Shown: positions 58,016-64,000 of the stretch, piece by piece
How the letters are laid out: every line of letters begins with the position of its first letter
How positions within the stretch are numbered: position 1 is the stretch's first letter
Origin: a virus
Lineage: Duplodnaviria > Caudoviricetes
Direction: 5' to 3' (one strand)
DNA: 64,000 bases
Virus record (IMG/VR): IMGVR_UViG_3300033388_000803
Span: 343-64,342 of that record
The notes under the pieces: generated by a model
What the model saw: only the letters and a program-made list of their open reading frames with translations
Database searches by the model: none
What the model was told of the DNA's origin: nothing
Made by a program: the position numbers and the translations under genes

Positions 58016-58028
58016 TAATGTATTGATT
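58016..58028 (-). promoter_or_regulatory. IHF-like binding site
   Basis: Minus strand AATCAA-TACA-TTA = WATCAANNNNTTR. Confidence 0.45.
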
Positions 58029-58227
58029 GTCAGTCAGTTACACAGGTGTGTTTCACTGCTTTTTGTTTGCTATTTGCACACTTCGATGGGGTATAAAGAC
58101 GCAGTTCTTTGTCCCTTAAAACAATGATCATTGTATTTTATGCTCTCATATCTAGTGGAATGTGGGGTAATGTAGGGGAAAATCCCCCTGAATCTGCACA
58201 ACTATGCAGTTTGAAATGGGAACGATG

Positions 58228-58262
58228 CTGGACGCAGCCAGTACGACACTGGACGCAGCCAG
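58228..58262. repeat. 14-bp direct repeat CTGGACGCAGCCAG x2 (21-bp period)
   Basis: 58228-58241 and 58249-58262; related TGCGTCAGCCA near 58292. Confidence 0.85.
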
Positions 58263-58425
58263 ATGAAAACAAAAAGCCAAAAAAATCCGAGTGCGTCAGC
58301 CATATCTAGTACCCCCCCTAGTGAAAAAAATCGGTTTTAATTTTAAAAAAAATGCTGTGTAGTGTAGTATTATCCTCAACCTCTAAATGTCTAACAAAAA
58401 TTTATTATCTTTACAAAAAAAAGTC

Positions 58426-58641
58426 ATGGAATACAACAGTAACACTTCAGATTATGTAAATGGCCTATACGTTAAGGACGGTAGGTTAATCAATGGACGC
58501 CCAGATGGTGTGTCAGGTATTGAGGAAGCATCGATGTATAGAAAACAAATGAAGAAGCAATACAAAATAGATTGTATAGCTGATGGTATTGAGAGAGCTA
58601 AGATGCGAATGAATAATGACAGAGATATATACGAGTATTAA
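58426..58641 (+). CDS. hypothetical protein, stand-alone unit
   Basis: Likely start MEYNSN after TATCTTTA (58406-13); followed by terminator. Confidence 0.7.
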   Translation: MEYNSNTSDYVNGLYVKDGRLINGRPDGVSGIEEASMYRKQMKKQYKIDCIADGIERAKMRMNNDRDIYEY

Positions 58642-58670
58642 AGAGATCCCGTTTAGTTTGATTAGTAGTG

Positions 58671-58705
58671 AAAGAGAGAAGACATAAAGTTTTCTCTTTT
58701 TTTTT
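58671..58705 (+). terminator. intrinsic terminator
   Basis: AGAGAAGAC-ATAAA-GTTTTCTCT plus T-run. Confidence 0.7.
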
Positions 58706-58731
58706 GTAAAAGACAGGTAAAAGACAACAAA

Positions 58732-58836
58732 TGGCAGACTTATGGCAGACTTTTGGCAGACCTTATTGTTTAGATAACTTACTTTAACTTATTGATTCTC
58801 AGTTATTTATATTTATATTATTTATTTATGGCAGAC
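58732..58836. repeat. iteron-like TGGCAGAC repeats (putative origin)
   Basis: 58732, 58743, 58754 (11-bp period) and 58829; IHF-consensus at 58785-58797; AT-rich tract 58850-58910. Confidence 0.75.
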
Positions 58837-58940
58837 TTTTAGTAGTCAAAATAGAATATAATAAAAAAAATATATATAGAAAAATATATATAGCTATAAA
58901 AACAAAAAAATTCCTGTCCTTGTCATATAATAAATTTTGT

Positions 58941-58948
58941 TATATTTG
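58941..58948 (+). promoter_or_regulatory. -7 element TATATTTG of groEL operon
   Basis: TAnnTTTG 25 nt upstream of ATG. Confidence 0.7.
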
Positions 58949-58973
58949 TGTCTAATTTAATTAAATATACTTT

Positions 58974-60590
58974 ATGAAATCTCAGGGATACATACCAAAG
59001 GACTTGTCGTTTGACGATGAAGCTCGCCACAAATTAATTCAAGGAATAACTAAAATTTCAAAAGCCGTAAAGAGCACATTAGGGCCTTTAGGTAAGACTG
59101 TGCTTATAGAATCTGCCGATCATTTAAAAGGGATTACTATAACTAAAGACGGAGTTACTGTAGCACAGTCAGTATTCTTAGATGATCCAATAGAAAACCT
59201 TGCAATACAAATGATGAAGGATGCAGCTAGTCGAACGGCTAATACAGCTGGTGACGGAACAACTACAGCTATTGTATTGACAGAAGCTATTGTAATGGCA
59301 GGACAAAAGTATTTAGAAAAAGGATGCAACATAACTGAAGTTATAAAATACATTAATGACTATACTAAAGAAATTGTAAAAAGTTTAACTAAGAACTCAA
59401 AGAAAGTAACTCCAGCAAGACTATTAGACGTAGCTTGTATATCAGCTAATAATGACAAGGCGATTGGTAAGATAATTGCTGACGCTTATAATAAGGTGGG
59501 TGTAAACGGTATTGTTACTGTGGAGAACTCAATGACATCAGAAACATATGCTGAGGTTACAAACGGTATAAAGATTGCCAGAGGATACACATCTAATATG
59601 TTTATCAATAATCAAAAGAAAGATGAGTGTGTATTAGAGGGGGTTAAGATATTAGTTTGTGATGCTGAGATAAGTAGTGTGTTACAAATTGAGAATATAC
59701 TAAAACCTATTATACAAAACCAAGACAAGCTTTTAATTATAGGCCCATGTCATGGTAATGTTATTAATACCTTAGCAGCTAATGTTGTTCGTAATGGACT
59801 AAAGTTCTGTAATATTATACCACCAAACTTTGGATATAAGTCAACTGAGCTAATGAGTGATATTGCTTTTGCTGTTAATGCAAAGTTCTTTAGCGAGAAG
59901 ACTGGTGATGATTTAAGTTTAATCAGAATGGAGGACTTAGGTTATGCTGATAAAATAGTATCTAGTCTAGAGACCACTATTATATTTAAGGAAGATGAGA
60001 AACCCGAAGAAACTAACAAACGTATATTTCAACTAAAGGTACAGCAAGAAAACACCACGATAAAGCATGAGCGTGAGTTTATTAATGAGCGTATAGCTAG
60101 TTTAGCTGGAGCAATAGGATGTATATTTGTAGGAGGTAACTCTGATGTAGAGCAAAAAGAATTGTATGACAGGGTTGATGACTCAGTGTGTGCAGTAAGA
60201 TCAGCTTTAGATGAAGGTATAATTGCTGGTGGAGGACTAGCACTACTAAGAGAGTCGATTAGTTTATTAAATAAATCTAAAGTAGACAGTAAGGAAAATG
60301 AAAACTTAGCCAGGCTAATACTGTCAACTGCCTTACAAGCTCCAATAAATCAAATATGCAATAATGCTGAGATAGAAATTGAATGGATTATGGAGCACAT
60401 ATATAATAATAAACATAACTTTGGGTTTGATGTAAAGAACGAAGAGTATGGTGATATGTTTAAGATGGGAATTATAGATCCTTTAAAGGTAACCAAGAAT
60501 GCCTTGCTAAATGCAGTAAGTGTAGCTACAACTATATTAAGTACCAATGCTATTATAACCCATAAAAGACAAAGTCAAAGTGATGATTAA
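58974..60590 (+). CDS. groEL: chaperonin GroEL (phage type)
   Basis: TLGP.G, ITKDGVTVA, AGDGTTTA, ISAN, GI.AGGG, GIIDP.KV; no GGM tail. Confidence 0.97.
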   Translation: MKSQGYIPKDLSFDDEARHKLIQGITKISKAVKSTLGPLGKTVLIESADHLKGITITKDGVTVAQSVFLDDPIENLAIQMMKDAASRTANTAGDGTTTAIVLTEAIVMAGQKYLEKGCNITEVIKYINDYTKEIVKSLTKNSKKVTPARLLDVACISANNDKAIGKIIADAYNKVGVNGIVTVENSMTSETYAEVTNGIKIARGYTSNMFINNQKKDECVLEGVKILVCDAEISSVLQIENILKPIIQNQDKLLIIGPCHGNVINTLAANVVRNGLKFCNIIPPNFGYKSTELMSDIAFAVNAKFFSEKTGDDLSLIRMEDLGYADKIVSSLETTIIFKEDEKPEETNKRIFQLKVQQENTTIKHEREFINERIASLAGAIGCIFVGGNSDVEQKELYDRVDDSVCAVRSALDEGIIAGGGLALLRESISLLNKSKVDSKENENLARLILSTALQAPINQICNNAEIEIEWIMEHIYNNKHNFGFDVKNEEYGDMFKMGIIDPLKVTKNALLNAVSVATTILSTNAIITHKRQSQSDD

Positions 60591-60655
60591 GTTTATTTTA
60601 ATTCTTTTAGGAATAAAAACAGAAAATAATAATTTAATAGATAACATGAAGAAAT

Positions 60656-60787
60656 ATGAAGAAAAGAAAACTAGGGTCTAAAAATCCGAAACTCCAACCT
60701 GCGGTTGTCGTTTCAAAAGAAAAAGTTGAAAAAAAATTAATTAATAATAAAGACGGTGTAAAAATTTATGCTATATTTAAACACTAA
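60656..60787 (+). CDS. 43 aa basic hypothetical (not in ORF track)
   Basis: MKKRKLGSKNPKLQPAVVVSKEKVEKKLINNKDGVKIYAIFKH*, TAATG coupling. Confidence 0.55.
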   Translation: MKKRKLGSKNPKLQPAVVVSKEKVEKKLINNKDGVKIYAIFKH

Positions 60788-61041
60788 TGTATTTAGATAA
60801 AGAAATTTTAATGGAAGAGCTAGAAAACAATGGATGTTTATTAGCTGATGGGTATGAAAGTGCACTGATAGGTATATCTGAGGGCCCTAATCCTGTAGCT
60901 GTATACGACACTGAGCTATGCATTAAAAGCTTAATGGATAATGACAAGATGAGTCAAGAGGATGCCGTAGAGTATTTTTACTATAATACCGTAGGATGTT
61001 TTATTGGAGACAAGACTCCTTTATTTATAAAAACAGTATAA
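60787..61041 (+). CDS. conserved phage hypothetical protein
   Basis: ADG...ALIG, VAVYD, EDAVEYF.YN..G...G..TP.F family motif. Confidence 0.8.
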   Translation: MYLDKEILMEELENNGCLLADGYESALIGISEGPNPVAVYDTELCIKSLMDNDKMSQEDAVEYFYYNTVGCFIGDKTPLFIKTV

Positions 61042-61298
61042 TGAAACCAATAGGAAAGTATATTATTATACAAACAATAGAAGAACAGTTAAAAACAAAA
61101 TCTGGACTACTGTTAACAGCAACAGATGCTAATGAGTTTAGGTATAAAAAAGGAAAGGTAATTAAGCCTGGAACAAATGTAAATGAGATCTCAGAACAAG
61201 ACACTGTATATTATGATAAGTCTGCTGGCTTTAGCCTGCTTCTCAATGATATTACTTATACTGTTATTACTGAGAGAGATGTCGTTGTTGTTTTATAA
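61041..61298 (+). CDS. groES: co-chaperonin GroES
   Basis: Start MKPIGKYIII; TKSGLLL mobile loop; G.V..PG, ERDV. Confidence 0.9.
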   Translation: MKPIGKYIIIQTIEEQLKTKSGLLLTATDANEFRYKKGKVIKPGTNVNEISEQDTVYYDKSAGFSLLLNDITYTVITERDVVVVL

Positions 61299-61707
61299 AT
61301 TCATTCATTTTTTTTATAGAGTTACGATAAATTTTTTGCATATATGTGGCGTCAAACCTAAATAAAGGATTGACATTTGCTGACTCAGCGATCTCTTCAC
61401 CACTTAATTTTTTGTAAATTGTTGCCACGACTCGCTTCCCTTTATAGGAAAGCTCGTATAGTGTAGCGTGTTTACCAGATTTTTTTCTCCACACTTTTAT
61501 CCAGCCATCTTTTAATAAAGAACTAAACCTATTTACATCCCAAGACATTAGCTCTTCAAACTCACGAAACTTTGTTTTATTGAAATACTCTTCGCTGTAT
61601 AGAAAAAGCATCATTTCTAGCTCAGGTGTACTAAGATTGTGCTTAGCTTTTACCCAAAACCTTACTACTCTCCAGTATTTAAGGTAGTTATTATCTGTAT
61701 TAAGCAT
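61267..61707 (-). CDS. MarR-like winged-helix regulator
   Basis: LS.PELEM..FL, L.KDGWI, Y.LS.KGK motifs; lone minus-strand gene divergent from promoter 61721. Confidence 0.65.
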   Translation of the reverse strand: MLNTDNNYLKYWRVVRFWVKAKHNLSTPELEMMLFLYSEEYFNKTKFREFEELMSWDVNRFSSLLKDGWIKVWRKKSGKHATLYELSYKGKRVVATIYKKLSGEEIAESANVNPLFRFDATYMQKIYRNSIKKMNEFIKQQRHLSQ

Positions 61708-61720
61708 TTAATTAAATTTA

Positions 61721-61728
61721 TATCTTTG
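61721..61728 (+). promoter_or_regulatory. -7 element TATCTTTG
   Basis: TAnnTTTG upstream of 61743. Confidence 0.65.
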
Positions 61729-61742
61729 TAAAAATACAAAAA

Positions 61743-61946
61743 ATGAACATAATAAAAGGCTCTAAAGAGTATTACGAGTATGTACAAAGGTATATGATAC
61801 CTAATGGTGAAGAACTTTATGAAATATTTACACTTGATGATGATTTATTTGTAGACATGGTAGATACAGACACATCTTATACGTTTACAGACGAACAAGT
61901 TGCAGAAAGCATGCAAGAAAACGGTGATACTTTAATAATAGAATGA
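61743..61946 (+). CDS. acidic hypothetical protein
   Basis: 67 aa. Confidence 0.65.
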   Translation: MNIIKGSKEYYEYVQRYMIPNGEELYEIFTLDDDLFVDMVDTDTSYTFTDEQVAESMQENGDTLIIE

Positions 61947-62158
61947 AATCACCTATAGATTTTAAAGACTTTGCTGCTAATCCAGTAACAGGCCTGTTGT
62001 TTTTTTGTTTAATAGCCATAGGTTACCTATATATTGACAATAAAACTACCCTTACCAACCAAATTAAAGCTTTACAGGAAGAGGTTATAATATTACGAAG
62101 TGATTACAAGAAACTTAACGATAAATTTATAGAAACCCTACAAGAGATCAATGAATAG
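61943..62158 (+). CDS. TM plus coiled-coil protein (i-spanin/holin-like)
   Basis: One TM helix then coiled coil; overlaps lipoprotein gene. Confidence 0.6.
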   Translation: MKSPIDFKDFAANPVTGLLFFCLIAIGYLYIDNKTTLTNQIKALQEEVIILRSDYKKLNDKFIETLQEINE

Positions 62159-62576
62159 GCTTTTTATTATATTATTAGTTGGACTTATGTCGTGTACGGA
62201 ACCAGATAAACTAATTATAGAGGTAGAAGAGTCTACTATTAATATAGATAGTTTAGCTGACGCCACCATACAACAAGTAAACAAACAGAAGAAACAAAAA
62301 GTTTTACTTGAACAAGATCTTTGGCGTAAAAAAAGAGATATAAAAGAAATAGAAAAAAAATTTAACGAAAGTGTCTATGAGTTAAACAACTTAAAACTTA
62401 TAAGTGAAGACAGCTTAGTGTTTGATTATAAGATAGTTGTAAAAGAAATAGTAGACAGCGTTAGGATTACTGTTAGCGACTCTCTGTGTGTAAACTGTAG
62501 AGCAATACAAAAGAAAAAAGAAAACACTCTTGTTAGTAAAGCATTTAAGTGGCTGCAAAAAAATATAAAATTATAA
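62151..62576 (+). CDS. lipoprotein (o-spanin-like)
   Basis: Signal peptide with lipobox LMSC, coiled coil, CxxC. Confidence 0.6.
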   Translation: MNRLFIILLVGLMSCTEPDKLIIEVEESTINIDSLADATIQQVNKQKKQKVLLEQDLWRKKRDIKEIEKKFNESVYELNNLKLISEDSLVFDYKIVVKEIVDSVRITVSDSLCVNCRAIQKKKENTLVSKAFKWLQKNIKL

Positions 62577-62577
62577 T

Positions 62578-62585
62578 TATCTTTG
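62578..62585 (+). promoter_or_regulatory. -7 element TATCTTTG heading the basic-protein cluster
   Basis: TAnnTTTG upstream of 62605. Confidence 0.65.
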
Positions 62586-62604
62586 TTTAAATAAAAAAAA
62601 CATC

Positions 62605-63039
62605 ATGCCTAAAAAAACTTCAGCAGAAAAATTAAAAAAACTTGTTACGAAAAGAAATAAGACTGTACAAAGAATTAAAAAACTTAAAACAAAAAAGACA
62701 GTTCCTTTAAGAAAAGTAAGAACTAAGATTCAAGAGGCTAAGTATAAAAAAACTCAAAAGAAAATCAACGCTAATCCAACAGCACAGGCAAATCGTAAAT
62801 CTAAAGCAGCAGAGGCAGCAAATCGTTTGGCAAAAAAAAGACGGTCAGAAAAAATGAGTAAGATTGAAAAAGATTTTATATCTAAAAGATATAAAAATAA
62901 AAAAACAACAAGGGAAGAAGAGATTAAGAGACAAAGAATGAATCAAAGAAATATGATGTTGAAAAAATTAAACGAGAAAAATAAGCCAACAAAACCAAGA
63001 TTAAAGCAGGTAAAAAGAACTGTAAGAAGAACAAGGTAA
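62605..63039 (+). CDS. extremely Lys/Arg-rich protein
   Basis: 144 aa, histone H1/protamine-like composition. Confidence 0.75.
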   Translation: MPKKTSAEKLKKLVTKRNKTVQRIKKLKTKKTVPLRKVRTKIQEAKYKKTQKKINANPTAQANRKSKAAEAANRLAKKRRSEKMSKIEKDFISKRYKNKKTTREEEIKRQRMNQRNMMLKKLNEKNKPTKPRLKQVKRTVRRTR

Positions 63040-63200
63040 TGGCGGGAAGAACAAAAAAGAAAGGTAATAAAATTTGTGCAGCGGGTATTGCTTGGGCTAA
63101 AAGAACATTTGACACTTATCCAAGTGCTTATGCAAACATGGCTGCTAGTAAGTATTGTAAAGACCCTAACTATGGGAAGGGCTCTAAAAAGAAAAAGTAA
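63039..63200 (+). CDS. 53 aa basic protein with F..YPSAYAN motif (DUF5872-like; not in ORF track)
   Basis: MAGRTKKKGNKICAAGIAWAKRTFDTYPSAYANMAASKYCKDPNYGKGSKKKK*, TAATG at both ends. Confidence 0.8.
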   Translation: MAGRTKKKGNKICAAGIAWAKRTFDTYPSAYANMAASKYCKDPNYGKGSKKKK

Positions 63201-63439
63201 TGGGAGCATTAAAGAATTGGGTTAAACAAGACTGGGTTCGTATTGGTTCTGATGGTAAGATCAAAGGAAAGTGTGGAACGTCTAAGGATAAGAAAAATCC
63301 AGACAGATGTTTACCTAGGTCAAAAGCTGAGAGTTTGTCCAGAAGGCAATTAGCGTCTACAGCACGAAAAAAGAAAAAGGCAGGAGCAAAAGGAAAAACG
63401 GTAGTTAGTAATACTAAAGCAGCAAAAGTAAGGTCATAA
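63200..63439 (+). CDS. basic protein (DUF5872-like L..W....WV motif)
   Basis: LKNWVKQDWV...CG......RCLP..KA. Confidence 0.8.
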   Translation: MGALKNWVKQDWVRIGSDGKIKGKCGTSKDKKNPDRCLPRSKAESLSRRQLASTARKKKKAGAKGKTVVSNTKAAKVRS

Positions 63440-63576
63440 TGGGAAAACATATATTATTGGTTTTTTATATTCTAATATTTTTTACTGGATGTATGGTAAT
63501 AAAAGATAGTAAAAAAAAAGATGACAGACCTCCATTAAATAAAGTAGAAACAGAAAATAAATGTTGTAAAAAATAA
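63439..63576 (+). CDS. 45 aa small lipoprotein (not in ORF track)
   Basis: MGKHILLVFYILIFFTGC... lipobox; TAATG at both ends. Confidence 0.65.
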   Translation: MGKHILLVFYILIFFTGCMVIKDSKKKDDRPPLNKVETENKCCKK

Positions 63577-63830
63577 TGGCAACACCAAGAAAAGGAAAAG
63601 CAAAAGTAAAAATCACTGCAAGTGGTAAAAAGGTTAGCTATGGTCAAGCTGGTAAGGCAAAAGGTGGAGGGCCAAGAGTAAAACCTGGTACATCTAAGGG
63701 TGACTCATATTGTGCAAGAAGCTACGGAATAAAAATGGGATTACCTATAGGAAAAAGAAACGATCCTAATTCACCTAATAACCTATCTCGTAAGAGATGG
63801 AAGTGTGTAGGTAAGAAGTCAAGACGATAG
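63576..63830 (+). CDS. basic protein (DUF6321-like)
   Basis: KKVSYGQAG...SYCARS...DPNSP...SRKRWKC. Confidence 0.8.
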   Translation: MATPRKGKAKVKITASGKKVSYGQAGKAKGGGPRVKPGTSKGDSYCARSYGIKMGLPIGKRNDPNSPNNLSRKRWKCVGKKSRR

Positions 63831-63858
63831 CAGCTGAAGATGATAATTAATTAATTAT

Positions 63859-63866
63859 TATATTTG
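63859..63866 (+). promoter_or_regulatory. -7 element TATATTTG
   Basis: TAnnTTTG upstream of 63879. Confidence 0.6.
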
Positions 63867-63878
63867 TAAAAAAAAATT

Positions 63879-64000
63879 ATGCCTGAAGTAAAAACCAGAA
63901 GTACAAAAAAAAGAAAAGACGGATCTGTAAGAAAAACATCAACTACAAGTTCAGACGGAACTAGAACAGTTGTTAAAAAGAGAAGAGACGGTTCTGTAAA
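63879..64000 (+). CDS. 5' part of basic protein, partial
   Basis: MPEVKTRSTKKRKDGSVRKTSTTSSDGTRTVVKKRRDGSV..., runs off window. Confidence 0.7.
   Translation, partial: MPEVKTRSTKKRKDGSVRKTSTTSSDGTRTVVKKRRDGSV

Noticed and set aside
58109-58309. 66-aa ORF in the strand-switch region
   Set aside because: TTG start, overlaps DNA repeats, atypical composition; more likely non-coding.
1-64000. Stop-codon reassignment as in some crAss-like phages
   Set aside because: Long genes are intact in code 11, and TAG and TGA both end genes at sensible boundaries.
1-64000. tRNA genes, integrase, DNA polymerase
   Set aside because: No cloverleaf with a T-loop consensus and no catalytic motifs seen by eye; tRNAscan and HMM searches are needed to exclude them fully.

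Overview
This window is most likely a near-complete genome of a lytic, podovirus-type Bacteroidota (probably marine flavobacterial) phage, distantly crAss-like. The taxonomic call is an inference. The + strand (58.4 kb to the window end, continuing at 1-43.5 kb) carries GroEL/GroES, a dense cluster of tiny Lys/Arg-rich genes found at both window ends, amidase/holin, Gly/Thr-rich tail fibres, terminase, portal, scaffold, major capsid, tail ring/muzzle proteins and three ejection proteins (one is 2508 aa with a zincin motif). The - strand (57.9 to 43.5 kb) carries early genes, then a recombination/replication module: SSAP, PD-(D/E)XK nuclease, SSB, primase-helicase, SNF2-type helicase, VRR-NUC and a metallophosphoesterase. 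I found no DNA polymerase, RNA polymerase, integrase or tRNA. Intergenic TAnnTTTG Bacteroidota promoters recur throughout. The main observation is RNA punctuation of the early transcript. There is a canonical type I hammerhead ribozyme (56945-56998, -) and three covarying long hairpins at neighbouring gene junctions. Each overlaps or precedes a small AUA(A/G)-loop hairpin lying about 17-21 nt before the next AUG. Further multi-stem RNAs occur at 52.15-52.86 kb.
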